Assembly (NCBI GenBank): GCA_020184695.1
Contig: JAANOX010000014.1
Span: forward strand, 248,001 to 312,000
Direction of reading: 5' to 3'
From: Histomonas meleagridis 2922-C6/04-290x
Lineage: Eukaryota; Protista; Parabasalia
DNA: 64,000 nucleotides
In this document: one piece after another, positions 10,150 to 22,125 of the stretch
Layout of the letters: every line of letters begins with the position of its first letter
How positions within the stretch are numbered: the first letter of the stretch is position 1
Notes under the pieces: model-generated
The model's database searches: none
Seen by the model: only the letters and a program-made list of their open reading frames with translations
What the model was told of the DNA's origin: nothing
Translations under genes and position numbers: made by a program

Positions 10150-10550
10150 TTCCCTAATTTCTTTACATTGTTCAGCTGCACATGTAGATCTTGCTTTAAG
10201 AATTAAATAATTTCAATATATTGTTTATAAATATCAATTAAAATCAACAATGATAGAAAAGCTGTTTATGAAATAATTTGTATTACCTTTTAAAGATGTT
10301 AACAAAAATGATGTATCAAATAATTTAAATAATTTCCAAATATAATTTTGAAATATAAAATATAAATATTATTTTTGGTATTAACATCAATTACATCATG
10401 TTCAAGAAGGGAATCTGATTCCCCAAATAAATTATATACATTTAAGTGAGTTACAACCATTAAATGCTGTCATGCCATTCATCACAAGTGAAATTGGAAA
10501 AACAATACTCTCAAGAGAAACACAATCATTAAATATGATAAAGTAGATAA
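10150..10550 (-). pseudogene. BspA/TpLRR fragment joined to a degenerate ankyrin core + spacer
   Basis: FNDCVSLESIVFPISLVMNGMTAFNGCNSLK (about 10440-10545), then LLEHDVIDVNTKN + 56-nt spacer (10315-10370) + TSFLLTSLKGNT. Confidence 0.6.
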
Positions 10551-10868
10551 AACTTTTTAACTAAGTGTTAAGTTTTCCAAAAGTTATAAAAAACAATTTT
10601 CGTTACATAAATATAAATATATAAAATATATATAATCCGAACTAAATTAGTGAAATCTTGAGATATTTTTGGACAAAGATTTGAAAACATGAATTCATGA
10701 TTAAAAACTCATATCACTTGGAACATATTACATTCAATCTTTTTCATGACTCCATAATGATTAATGAAAATCATGTCGAATTTTGTGTGAATGATGCATT
10801 AAAAAATTCACATGTGAAAACCGTCAAAATTGAAAGTGTTTGTTTGAACAATTTTTCAAATTTGATTT

Positions 10869-11582
10869 TTATTTGTACCAGTAAGGATGAAGCTTTTTAG
10901 CTGCCCTTACAGCTTCTTTGTTATTAGGAGGAATCACTGTCTTGAGGGCAGCAAGCTCTTCTTTATCACATTTAAAGTCACCAAGGAATTCGTTCAAAAT
11001 CTTGATCTTCTTAGGGTAGTCAATGTTAACTCTCTTGATGATATTTGTGAATGTGATAACATCTAATGAATTGGTAAAGTTGGTTATTGTGATCTTATCA
11101 AAGAACTTGACAAAATAGAGTTCAAGGAGCTTTAATTCATCTGCGAGTTCGTATTCAAAACATTGTGAAGCGTAGTTCAAGATAATTTGTGGGTTAACAT
11201 GTGTATCAAGATATCTTGACAAAACAGCATCAAGAGTTCGGATACCATATATTTTGCTAATATGAATGAGAGGCATGAGCTCGTTATCAGTGAATGAAAT
11301 TTGGCCATTGTACATCCATTCGATAACCTTTTGAAGAAGGCCAGATGGATTGTCATAAACATGAACAATACCTGTTTTTTGCTCGTCCATTTCAGATGTG
11401 AAGGAGTTAAAGAAGAAATCTGATGAGTTAGACAAAATAGCAACGTGGGATTTGATTGATACGTAAGATGCATCATATTGGTTATCATGAACACGTATCT
11501 CGCAATCCGAAAGGAACCCGTCGTTGTAGAATGGCTTGAAATCAAAGAGTGGTGTGAAAATAAGGTCTCTTTGGAAGTTCAT
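10869..11582 (-). CDS. BTB/POZ domain protein
   Basis: GFLSDCEI...KSHVAILSNSSDFF...F...EWMYNGQI...YGIRTL is a BTB signature followed by a BACK-like helical region. Confidence 0.9.
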   Translation of the reverse strand: MNFQRDLIFTPLFDFKPFYNDGFLSDCEIRVHDNQYDASYVSIKSHVAILSNSSDFFFNSFTSEMDEQKTGIVHVYDNPSGLLQKVIEWMYNGQISFTDNELMPLIHISKIYGIRTLDAVLSRYLDTHVNPQIILNYASQCFEYELADELKLLELYFVKFFDKITITNFTNSLDVITFTNIIKRVNIDYPKKIKILNEFLGDFKCDKEELAALKTVIPPNNKEAVRAAKKLHPYWYK

Positions 11583-11822
11583 CTAAATGACTGAAAAGAC
11601 GATATGCTAAAAATGACACTTTAATGGCTAACAAATGAGCTCTGGAATTTATTCAAATTTTTCAATTTAACGACATTCAAAAAGTCAGTGTTATTGATAA
11701 ACGTTCTTCAAAAAGTGGCAAATATTGGCAAAAATTGAGAAGAAAATCCCAAAATACTTAACAAAAAAAAATATCTTATCAATATTACCTCGTTTTATGT
11801 TATAAGAGAAAAATATAATAAT

Positions 11823-12539
11823 TTAGAATTCAGTTTGTTCTGTTTCATCATCAGAATTTGAAGAACTATCTGATTCTGGTGCAAAACACTTTCTTCGCGC
11901 TGCCATTGTCTGGCTTATTATTTGGCTAAAATCATCTTTATTATCATCATATCTTATTGAAGACCTATCAACAGGCGTAACTTTCCTTAAATTGCTTTTA
12001 ACATTCATAATAAAATTGTCTGTATGATCATTTGGTATTTGTGTGGAATTGGATTTTTTGGGTTCTTCCTTGGATTGAACTGGAAGATTAAAGCTTGTGC
12101 GCACAACATTTTCTTTTGTTGCTGGTTGAGTTGGCTTAGAAAAACAATTACTAACTGGGCGAGGTGCTAGATTCTTATTATTTCGTTGTTGAATATCAGG
12201 AGGAGGAGCACGAACAGACATTGCTCTGCTTGCTCTTGTTAATTGGATCTCACGTTCTTTTAATTGACTTAATTGCTGTTTAAGGATATCGACATGTTTT
12301 TTATCTTCTTCGACTTTCTTTTTTTCAAAAATTCGCTCAATGGAAGCTGATCTCCTTTTAGAGCTTCTTGCAGCAGCTGACTTTTTGGAATTTGATTTCT
12401 TTGATTGTGAAGATTTCTTTGTTGGTGTTGATTTCATTTCTGCACGAAGGATAGAATTTGCAACATCAAGATTTTCACCTCCTTTAACAAACTTAATTGG
12501 TGCGACAAGTGGACGAGTACGTGTATTGCGACTTCGCAT
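11823..12539 (-). CDS. Basic/coiled-coil protein with a C-terminal WH2-central-acidic (WCA-like) tail
   Basis: Likely ATG at 12537-12539 (MRSRNTR). C-terminus reads FIMNVKSNLRKVT...FSQIISQTMAARRKCF...SDSSSNSDDETEQTEF. Confidence 0.6.
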   Translation of the reverse strand: MRSRNTRTRPLVAPIKFVKGGENLDVANSILRAEMKSTPTKKSSQSKKSNSKKSAAARSSKRRSASIERIFEKKKVEEDKKHVDILKQQLSQLKEREIQLTRASRAMSVRAPPPDIQQRNNKNLAPRPVSNCFSKPTQPATKENVVRTSFNLPVQSKEEPKKSNSTQIPNDHTDNFIMNVKSNLRKVTPVDRSSIRYDDNKDDFSQIISQTMAARRKCFAPESDSSSNSDDETEQTEF

Positions 12540-12874
12540 TTCAAGAAAATGATTGTTTAACGTACAGGAAATAACCGTTGACTGCTTAACGTACAGTAAA
12601 ATAATTGAAAACTGTTTTTTCATATCACAAAACTTTTCGCTGTGTTTTCTCTCAGGATAATAATTTAAAAACAAATTATTTCCTTTTAGTATTTTTTAAA
12701 AGGCTAAAATACATTTTTTTTCCAAAGTCAAAACAACATCGGTATAAATTTAAATTATTTGTTAATGTTAAGTTCGTTTTGCAAAAAAACAAAAATGTTT
12801 TTTAAAAATAATGTACCACTGAAATATTTTTTAGGGGGTTTTCGAAATCCTATTAAAAATATTTTTAATAATAA

Positions 12875-13129
12875 TCATTTGTTTTTCAGAGATTGAAGTC
12901 TGGCCTCCAATTGTTCTACTTCCTGCCTAAGTGAAGCATTTTTGGCCTTAAGCTCTTCTACATTAACACCTTCTGGGTTACCAAGATGTTCTTTGACATA
13001 TTGTAATGGATCAATTGACTCATCGAAGTTATTGTAAAGATGTGCCAGCACTTTTGTGATTGAGTCAAGCATACCACTGTCTTCAAGATACTTTCGAAAT
13101 GCTTCTCTTTTTCCGTCTTGTGTTGCCAT
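12875..13129 (-). CDS. MYCBP: c-Myc-binding protein (AMY-1) family
   Basis: KREAFRKYLEDSGMLDSITKVLAHLY...PLQYVKEHLG followed by a coiled coil matches the MYCBP family pattern. Confidence 0.88.
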   Translation of the reverse strand: MATQDGKREAFRKYLEDSGMLDSITKVLAHLYNNFDESIDPLQYVKEHLGNPEGVNVEELKAKNASLRQEVEQLEARLQSLKNK

Positions 13130-13140
13130 TTTTGACTAAA

Positions 13141-13174
13141 AGTGACAAAATCGTTTGAAACTATATAAACGGTC
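13141..13174 (-). promoter_or_regulatory. Parabasalid core promoter: M3 element + initiator
   Basis: Minus strand reads GACCGTTT (13167-13174) ... TCACT (13141-13145) ... ATG (13129). Confidence 0.7.
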
Positions 13175-13240
13175 ACCTTTTAATGAATCCTGTAGAAATT
13201 ACCCCAGAAATTACAAAAGATAACATTAAGTCAATTAAAT

Positions 13241-15600
13241 ATCTTTAGTATTAATATCAATTCCTTCTTGTTCAAAAAGTATTTTAACTATTTCTGTATG
13301 ACCAAAAAAAGATGCATACATAAGTGCTGTTTGAAATAATTTAAATAATTTCCAAATATTATTTTGAAATATCAAATTCTTAAAATAAATTTTAAAGAAA
13401 ATAAATAAATATTTTTAGTATTAATATCAATTCCTTCTTGTTCAAGAAGTAATTTAACTATTTCTGTATAACCTTTTTCAGATGCATTCATAAGTACAGT
13501 TCTACATAATTTAAATAATTTCCAAATATTATTTTGATATATCAAATTCTTAAAATAAATTTCAAATAAAACAAATAAATATCTTTAGTATTAACATCAA
13601 TTCCTTCTTGTTCTAAAATAATTTAACTATTTCTGTATGACCATTTTCAGATGCTAAAACAAGTTCTGTTCTAAAAAATCTAAACAATTTCCAAATATTA
13701 CCTAGAAATAGAAAATCATTAAAATAGATATTAAATGAAGCAAACAAATATCTTTAGCATTAATATCAATTCCTTTTTGTTCAAGAAGTAATTTAACTAT
13801 TTTTGTATTTCCTCTTCGAGATGCTTCCATGAATGCTGTTCTCAATAATTTAAACAAATCCCAAATATTATACAGAAAAAAAAAAATTATTAAAATAGAT
13901 ATTAAATGAAACAAACAAATATTTTTGATATTAATATCAATTCCTTTTTGTTCAAGAAGGAATTTGATTGTTTTTGTTTGACCATAAAAAGCTGCTTCCA
14001 TAAGTGCTGTTCTAAATAATTTATAAAGTTACCAAATATTATTTTGGAATATCATTTATATAATTACCAATAATTATATTGAAATATAAAATGATTCAAA
14101 TAAATTTTATATAAAACAAATAAATATTTCTAGCATTAATATTAATATTGTTTTGATTAAGAAGTATACCAATATGTCCATTCTTAGATGCTAAAATAAG
14201 TGATGTATCAAATATTTATCATAATTTTCTAATATTTTTTAGAAACTGAAAATTGTTAAAAAAAAATATTAAATAAAGCAAATAAATATCTTTAGCATTG
14301 ATATCAATATCTTGTTGCTCAAGAAGTAATAAGACGACCAAAATATATCCATTTTTAGATGCATCAATAAGTGCTGTATTAAATAATTTGTATAATTTCC
14401 AAATTTTATTTAAATATATCAAATTATTAAAAAAAAATTTATGAATAAAAGACAAATATATTTAGCATTAATATCAATTACTCTTTGCTCAAGTAAAAAA
14501 CCAAATATTTTAAAATTAATTATTTGTTCGTAAAAAATAAATCATGAATTTTTTCATTAGATTTTTTAATTTCTTCAATTTTATTTTCGTAAAGATATTT
14601 AAAGATATCATTTCGATGAAACATAATTGCACTATCATATACATTTTCAAATGATGAATGATTTTGTTCACATAAATGAATGATTTCTTCATTTCCACCA
14701 GCAACTGCATATTTACCTGTATTTTCTACATTTGCATTGTTCATAAGTAAATATTTAAAACATTTAACTGAAGAAAAAAATGCTGCATAATCAATTAGTG
14801 TAACATTTTCTTTATTTATAATTGAACATCTTTCATAAAGTGATGGCTCAATTGTTTTGTTAAAATCAAAATTTGCTTGTGATGTTATTTCTTGAGGTTC
14901 TTCTATTTCATCATTTCGAATTATTTTTGCAATTTCATTCGGATTATGTTCTTCTTTAATATATTTCTTATGAAGTTCAAAATCATTCTTTGAAAGTTCT
15001 TCATATGGAATTTTATCTGGATAATTACACCAAGACTCAAGTTTACTGCCTGATTCTTTATAATTAAAATGAATGAAAAATGGATTAACTATGTTTTGTT
15101 TGGTTTTTGATTCATGTAAATAAGAAACATTTATGTAAGGGTTGGAATAATCTTTTAAGATATGTGCTGATTTATTTTCAACTTTTTTTGAAGATATTAA
15201 ATTCAATTCAATCATTTTTTCTCAAATAAAATATGATTCTTGAGTATCTAAACTAAGTAGAAAATCTTTAAATGTATTAATTAATTCATGATCATTTTTA
15301 GTAATTTCAATATGTTTCATAAATTAAGAGATAAGTTAATATCTTTCATTTGAGAAAAGATTGATGAATACATTATTTGACTGAGAATCAAGTTTGAATA
15401 AAATAATATATGATTATTATTTGATATATTCATGGTTTCATTTATAGATTTAATAATATTATTTTCATTTATATCAAAAATAATTTCTTCAAGAGATTCT
15501 AAATCCTGAATAAACTGAATTAATGAATATTGTAATGCGTTTATCGTTGATTCAGTTTCTTTTTCATACTAAAAATATTTTCCATTAATCCAAAGAGAAA
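13241..15600 (-). pseudogene. DUF3447-like/ankyrin paralogue (locus C) with 7 spacers
   Basis: ORF 14520-15215 carries the family motif; 5' part and junction are broken. Spacers at 14378-14457 (80), 14207-14287 (81), 14011-14125 (115), 13840-13920 (81), 13670-13749 (80), 13501-13580 (80) and 13331-13410 (80). One core is 89 nt (frameshift) and one is 81 nt. Confidence 0.85.
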
Positions 15601-15912
15601 TCTAAAGCAAATAAATTGAATTTTTTACTGTTAATGTTGGGAAGATGTGACCATCTGACCATGTGTTAAACGCATATAAGGAAGACAACGGCTTAATTCA
15701 TGTTACAAACAAGTCAATTTTTGTTTGAAAAAATTTCTTAATTATAATTTTCATTTCTAACCTTTTTTAATGCATTAATCTTTATGAATAGAATAAAGCA
15801 GAATGAATTTTTTTAGTATTTTTTACTCTATAAATAACGCATGCGCAGGAGTAGACATAGATATTATGCATTTGCTTGAATTAATATCCAAAATAAAATG
15901 CTGAAAAATTTA

Positions 15913-16575
15913 TCAAATGAATCGTTTAGCAATTAAAGAAACAATAAAAATCAAAAGGCCAAAAAATAGGAGGCTATCTTGCCAACCATTGGTATTTTTA
16001 TATTTTTCTAATTCTTTTTTCTGTTCTTCGAGTTGTTCTTTTAGTGATTCAAGGTGTGACTTCAATTGATCTCTTTCGTGTTCTTTTTCTTCAAGCTTCT
16101 TTTTAAGCTCATTTAATTGCTTTTCGTCAGGATTGATGTTTTTAGAGCTTTCTATTGCCTTGTTCAAAGAAGATTTCGATTTGAATGCATTAGAAAAGGA
16201 ATTCATTGCTTCTTCAGCGTGAGTTAAAAATCTGATCTTAGCGGTAATAGAATCCTTCCATTTGTCCTGATTCATCATTAGCTCAGAAATTTTACTTGCT
16301 TCTGTATTTGGAAGAACAATGTAATATTGAATTAAAAATGATATTTCTTTAATATCAGAATTAAAATCTTCAAGTACAAAGTTGAGTGAGCGAGATGAAT
16401 TTGGCTCAAGTTCACCACAAGCAGGTGAAATACCACAAAATATTTCTGTATCAAAAGTTAACCGAAATAAAATGAGATTAACTCCTTTGTTTTTTACAAC
16501 TACTGTTCCATTATTGTGATTTGATCCTAATCGACTTATAAGAAGAGGATTAGGTTCGACTAGTATTTGATCCAT
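15913..16575 (-). CDS. VAMP-associated protein (MSP domain, coiled coil, C-terminal TM anchor)
   Basis: ILVEPNPLLI...VVVKN...FRL...ISPACGELEPNSS MSP-like N-terminus, a coiled coil, and a hydrophobic tail LLFFGLLIFIVSLIAKRFI. Confidence 0.8.
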   Translation of the reverse strand: MDQILVEPNPLLISRLGSNHNNGTVVVKNKGVNLILFRLTFDTEIFCGISPACGELEPNSSRSLNFVLEDFNSDIKEISFLIQYYIVLPNTEASKISELMMNQDKWKDSITAKIRFLTHAEEAMNSFSNAFKSKSSLNKAIESSKNINPDEKQLNELKKKLEEKEHERDQLKSHLESLKEQLEEQKKELEKYKNTNGWQDSLLFFGLLIFIVSLIAKRFI

Positions 16576-16833
16576 TCAATTACCTTGGGATGCCCCGGTG
16601 GGGTGCCTCAAATTTGGAATCGTTTGTGAAAACCGATAGAGCTTTACAAAACGTCACTTTTACACTTTTAATGAGTCTAACCACCATTTTTCATTGAAAA
16701 ATAGCGATCGTTGAGAATCATGATTTTTTTGGATGAATTTTTTATCATTCATATACATTTTGAACGTATTCTATTTGGTTTTCTGTTTTTAAATACTTTA
16801 TATTCTATCGTTCACCACAATCGTTTTTCATTT

Positions 16834-17990
16834 ATGGCTCAATCCAACGCAAGAGTTTTTATTATTCATCATCACATGAAGATGGAGATATTGATTGAAC
16901 TTGAGCAAGTTATATTTAATCTAAATGAGGATAATTTATATTTAGCAGTTCAACAAGTAATGCAATATCCCTTATTCATTTAATTCTATTATAAGCAATT
17001 TAGCTTACTTTGCTTTTTATTCAAGGAAAGCAGAAATCGATGTATGTTTAAAGTTTTTTGAAAAAATTCAAAACCAAGAAAAAGAAATAAACAAAAACAG
17101 TCCTAAAATTGCTAAAATTTTTATTAAATATATTTCTAAAATTAAGATGAAGCATATTACTTAATAGAGAAAATGATTGAAAAGAATTTAATTGATAAAG
17201 ATATAACTAAAAGGATTAAATCACATTATTTTGCACATTACAAAACAAAAAAAGAAAAGAAAGAAAGACACTTAGGTCCGTATAAAAATACTTTTTTAAA
17301 AAATTACAAAGAACTTTCAAAGAATGATTGGGAACTTCATAAGAAGTTAATTAGAGAAGGAACCAATCCGAATGAAATAGCAAAAATAATTCGAAATGAT
17401 GAAATAGAAAAACTTCAAGAAATATCATCACAAACAAATTTCGATTTTAATCAGATTATACCTAAATCCATATATGAAAGATTTTCACCTATTAATAATG
17501 AATATATAAATGATTTATTAATTAAAGTAAAAAAAGGTGTTACATTAATTGATTATGCAGCATTTTTTTTTCTCAGTAAAATGATTTAGATATTTATTTA
17601 TGAATGGATCTAAAGGAAGTAACTCAGGTAAATATGCAGTTGTAGGTGGAAATGAATAAATTATACATTTATGTGAACAAAATAATTCATCATTTGAAGA
17701 TGCTTTTGCAACAGCTATTATGTTTCATCAAAATGATGTTTTTAAATATTTTTATGAAAGTAATATTATTAAAATTCTTAATTTTGAATTTTTCGGAGAG
17801 AAATGTATTGCGTTTCGTAATTTTGAAATTTTTTCATTTTTGATTGAAAAAGGAATGAAAATCAATAATAGAATTATTTATGAAACAATAAAAACTGGTA
17901 ACATATATTTTGTTAATTATTTACTCAAAAATAGTCAAATTCCAGAAAATGTTTTAATATGCTGTAGAATCTAAAAATATTGAACTTAAC
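16834..17990 (+). pseudogene. DUF3447-like paralogue (locus D), multiply frameshifted, no ankyrin array
   Basis: Fragments 16711-16983, 17173-17589 and 17720-17974 carry MEILIELEQVIFNL, GTNPNEIAKIIRNDEIEKLQE and FHQNDVFKYFYE in different frames. Confidence 0.85.
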
Positions 17991-18163
17991 TCACTCAACA
18001 TTGAAAACTATTTCTCCACAAAATCTTCATAAGTGTTTGAAATATTCAAAAAGTTGATGAAAAATTTTGTTTTCTCAATTTTTGAACTAACGTTAGACAT
18101 GTTTTTCAATGTCCACCGTTAAGAAAGTTTTCATGCCAAAAAGATCATAGTTGAGTAAGTATT

Positions 18164-19339
18164 TTATTGTTGTTGTTGCTCCTCCTCTTTTGGTACGCAT
18201 ATCCTCAATTTTTCCTCTCTTCTTTGGGCTTCCTCAAGTGTAACCTTTGCACCATCAGCAATATCCATTTCCTTCTTAATGAGATACATTCTGTCGAGTC
18301 GGAATCTACTGTCAGAAAGTAATAACTCATCGTCACGAACCTCTGCGATTGGACGACTTGCTTTAACTTTCTCAATGTTCCAAATCTCTTCATCGCCAAT
18401 CTTGAGCGATTCTGCATAATCTCCAGTCATTTGCGAAAGAAGTTTTCCATTTTCATCAGTGACTTTACCATCAATGACAGTTGGTCCGGCCCATGAAAAG
18501 AAACCTGTACGTGGCTGGACAACAACAGTGGATGTTAGATTGTTTACAGTATCACGAACAACCATTTGGCCTTTAACATTGACGTAACGCTCACCGCGAA
18601 TCACACCAGATACAGTTATGACTGGGAATTGCCATTCATACTTGCCACCATCTGTAAATTCGAGATGGAATATACCGGTTTGAAGAATATCAACATTCAT
18701 AACACCTGAGCTAATGGTGAAATTACAATGTGCATGACATTTCCATGATTTGTCTGGTGATTCTATTTGGAAATCAGAAATGGGTGGATGGTGGCTGGTT
18801 TGTTCACCATAGATTGTGACACCATTTGGCCATCTGCCAATATATGTTTCGCCAAGAATTGGGTTCCAAGGTTTTTTGGATTGCATATAAATGTGGTAAC
18901 CAGCTACGACACCAGTTGTAAGAAGTTGGATGCGCTTAACAGGATCTTTGCAATTGACCATCTGATTTGCATAATCATCTGCAATAAATGTGAAAATATC
19001 AGCAGTGCGTTCTAAGAAAGACCTGGGTTCAGAGTAACCAACAGGGAAACTAAAATGAGTAAAGTCCATTGACAAAACAGCCATAGTCAATCTTTTGATG
19101 ATAGCCCAAGAAAGAGCACGTTCTGCACTTAATTCTTCTGGTGTCATTGGTTTAATGCCATAGCCATCACGACAGTTCTTTGCAAGATAACGTTCATGTT
19201 CGTAATCTTTATCAGCAACTGGAAGCGGTGTTGGTGGATATCCTACATAAGATGTATTATAAATATCTCTGTCTTCAACTTTACCCATTACAATGGCATT
19301 TTCACTGATGGGTGCGCTCGCTCTTGAGATGATGGACAT
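18164..19339 (-). CDS. Oxysterol-binding protein family (ORD-only)
   Basis: SFPVGYSEPRSFLER, KPWNPILGETY and EQTSHHPP signatures. Probable ATG at 19337-19339. Confidence 0.95.
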   Translation of the reverse strand: MSIISRASAPISENAIVMGKVEDRDIYNTSYVGYPPTPLPVADKDYEHERYLAKNCRDGYGIKPMTPEELSAERALSWAIIKRLTMAVLSMDFTHFSFPVGYSEPRSFLERTADIFTFIADDYANQMVNCKDPVKRIQLLTTGVVAGYHIYMQSKKPWNPILGETYIGRWPNGVTIYGEQTSHHPPISDFQIESPDKSWKCHAHCNFTISSGVMNVDILQTGIFHLEFTDGGKYEWQFPVITVSGVIRGERYVNVKGQMVVRDTVNNLTSTVVVQPRTGFFSWAGPTVIDGKVTDENGKLLSQMTGDYAESLKIGDEEIWNIEKVKASRPIAEVRDDELLLSDSRFRLDRMYLIKKEMDIADGAKVTLEEAQRREEKLRICVPKEEEQQQQ

Positions 19340-20231
19340 ATGAAAACCGTTATATCTACTCCCAATAATTGAATGCATTAACCGTAAGCGACGATTTTTC
19401 AATACGCAGAAATTTCAAAGCAATCGTAAACAGTTGGCTGACTTGGCCTTTTGTTTTGATCGATCTTATTGAATATTTTGTGTAGATATAAGTAAAGTAC
19501 TGATTTCCTTCCCAAAAGTGGTAGCCATTAATTTATCGGCGGTGATAATTCAATGAAAACAGTCCATCCCTGTAGAAATCACAAAATAATAATATCTCCT
19601 CTGAATTAATATTTTTTAATTAAAACCTATCTCACATTTTACTAAAATTAAGTTGATTAGCAATATTTTAAATATCTTCAAAATAAAATTTCAATTGATT
19701 TTACAATTTAAAAAAATCATATCGTTGATACATCGATATACTTAGAACCTCAAGATGAAATAATTTAATTTAAGTGATTTGAAAAATGTATTTTTCTCTT
19801 AATATATTTTTTTGAGGTAAATTTGTTGAAACTGTTCGGAAGTGGTAAATATTGTTTGATTCGAAATAGCGGTGATAAAAGTTTTTGTTTTATTCTCTTA
19901 GTTAATATGCGCAATGATTAAATCATTTTATATATCACAAAAAAAATTATTATTTTTATTTTTTCAAAAACTATTGATTTATGGATTCCATAATTATATA
20001 TCAAATAAAAGAAAATGATTCTGTAATATATAAATTATCCAAAAATATATCGTATTTTATGTGATTGCATGCCGGTGGTTGGATGATGAGGTGTGGCTTT
20101 ACAATACAATTCACATTAACCAAAAAATGCCAAAATTTAAACCATTGAAATATTTGGTTTTCCAAATTGTTTTTTGAGTACTTTACAATTTTATAAATGT
20201 CAATTCAAACATATTCCACATCTTTTAAGTA

Positions 20232-21674
20232 ATGCAAGATTCCGATCCAGGATTTATATCTCCAAATGATTTTTTAGGCGATGGATACGGAAATGCAGAA
20301 GGTTTCTCTTTTGCAAATTATCTTAAGCAACTTTATCCTTTCATTGAAATAAATGGTCAGCAACAACCTCCTCCTCAAAAGCCATTAATCAAACAACAGA
20401 GACCAAAGAAACCAGAGAAGCCAAAGAAGCAAGTTCATCCAGATGGAAAATTTATTGATGTTATCATAAGAGGAATAAAGTGTACAATTATAAAACCAAA
20501 GTTCAATGTTCTTGAGACGCTCTATGAAGCACTTCAAATACGTCCTAATCTTAATTTGTCCAAAGCTTCAGCATATTTAAAGCTTGTTAATGAATCAAAC
20601 CAAGAAATAACTGGAGGCTTAGTTGACAGAGTAATATTTACTTCCACAAATGACAAATCACCACAGTCAAATCTAATTTCGGAATGCAAATTATTCCTAC
20701 AAAACATATATCCGAATATCCAAATGAAGTTCATAGAGTCCGAACTCGAAAAGCACAAATTTAAACTTATTGAAACCATAAAGCATATTGATACATTTCC
20801 AAATCCACCCAAAGAAAACAAGCCACGCGCCACTCAAAACAATCTCAAGTTCGAAGACATCATAGTTTCGGCACAACTAGAAGAGTTTGTATCCGAAGAT
20901 TATAAGAAACAATTAAATGATTTCCAAAAAGAGGAAGAAGAATGGGATATAGCCGAAGCAGTCGCAGACAATTCGATGTACGAGTGCGAGTGTTGTTTCT
21001 GCGAATGTCCTATGGAACGATTAGTTCAATGTCCAGATGGCCATTTATTCTGTTTCAAATGTGTTCGCACTCAAATCGAGACAGCGATATCCGAAGGCAG
21101 GTCCGATGTTCCGTGTCTACACTACGGCGGATGCGACCAAAAAATTCCGATCAAAGAACTTGAGCGTTCGATGCCGGAAGATGTCCTTCAGCGCCTTTTC
21201 CAAACGGAGACGCAAAACGCGCTGATCTCTGCCGACATTAAAGGGATGGTCAAATGCCATAAATGCGGATACATGGCGATCATCGAAAACGAGGAATATA
21301 TGGACTGTCCGCAATGTCATTCCAAGACATGCACGAAGTGTCAAAACGAATATCATCAAGGAATGACGTGCGAACAGTTCCGTAACTTGGACAAGAACAG
21401 ATTACTGGAGGAGAAGATGAACGAGGCTGTGATTAGGGTCTGCCCGAAGTGTAAGACGCAGTTCATTAAGGAGCAAGGATGCAACAAGATGGAATGCCCG
21501 AGGTGCAAATCGTTGATATGCTATTGGTGCAGGAAAATTATACCAAAAGAGGTCGGATATAACCACTTCTTTAGAGGAGACGCTGCCCAGTGTCCGCCGG
21601 GGCAATGCCCTTTGTGGGTGCAGAACAATGAGCTGCATGAGATAGAGGCACAGCAGGCGCGAAACGGGAAATAA
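20232..21674 (+). CDS. RBR (RING-IBR-RING) E3 ubiquitin ligase, RNF216/Ariadne-like
   Basis: CECCF...CPDGHLFCFKC...C...C; IBR CHKC...CPQCHSKTCTKC...H...C; RING2 CPKC...KEQGCNKMECPRC...CYWC. Confidence 0.93.
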   Translation: MQDSDPGFISPNDFLGDGYGNAEGFSFANYLKQLYPFIEINGQQQPPPQKPLIKQQRPKKPEKPKKQVHPDGKFIDVIIRGIKCTIIKPKFNVLETLYEALQIRPNLNLSKASAYLKLVNESNQEITGGLVDRVIFTSTNDKSPQSNLISECKLFLQNIYPNIQMKFIESELEKHKFKLIETIKHIDTFPNPPKENKPRATQNNLKFEDIIVSAQLEEFVSEDYKKQLNDFQKEEEEWDIAEAVADNSMYECECCFCECPMERLVQCPDGHLFCFKCVRTQIETAISEGRSDVPCLHYGGCDQKIPIKELERSMPEDVLQRLFQTETQNALISADIKGMVKCHKCGYMAIIENEEYMDCPQCHSKTCTKCQNEYHQGMTCEQFRNLDKNRLLEEKMNEAVIRVCPKCKTQFIKEQGCNKMECPRCKSLICYWCRKIIPKEVGYNHFFRGDAAQCPPGQCPLWVQNNELHEIEAQQARNGK

Positions 21675-22125
21675 GAAAAATTGAGTTTTGAGTGTATTTC
21701 GATTTGATTTAAACAAAAAATAAAATATAAATTTTAAGTGTAATGCGCAAAGTATTTGGAAGAAATTGTTATTCAGTGTTGAATGTTTGTGTTACAGTGA
21801 GAAAAAAATTACTTAATGGTGTACGAGAGGAGTTAGAAATATGTTTATATCACTAAATTTTTGAAGTTTTAAAAAAAATATCAAAAACATGAGGTGAGTT
21901 GGTCGATATTAGATACTTTACATTTTGATTGATATCCTTGAGTTATCTAAAAATTTTATTGTGCGTTGTTTCGCTGAAAAAAAAATGGAGAAACCCGATT
22001 AAATTCCCCACAATCTTCACTCAATTGCTGTCAAACGAACGATAACATTTTTCAACGTGTGGTTACAACATAACTTTTTAAGATTCTCCCACAAAAATTG
22101 AAATATTTATATCCAATATAAAAAA

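Noticed and set aside
18085-18096. ACTAACGTTAG as an intron 3' end
   Set aside because: It is one base shorter than the canonical 12-nt motif, with no matching donor or downstream exon.
19440-19500. U2 snRNA-like words (GGCCTTTTG, GATC, GTGTAG)
   Set aside because: Spacing is inconsistent with U2 and no Sm site or stems were found.
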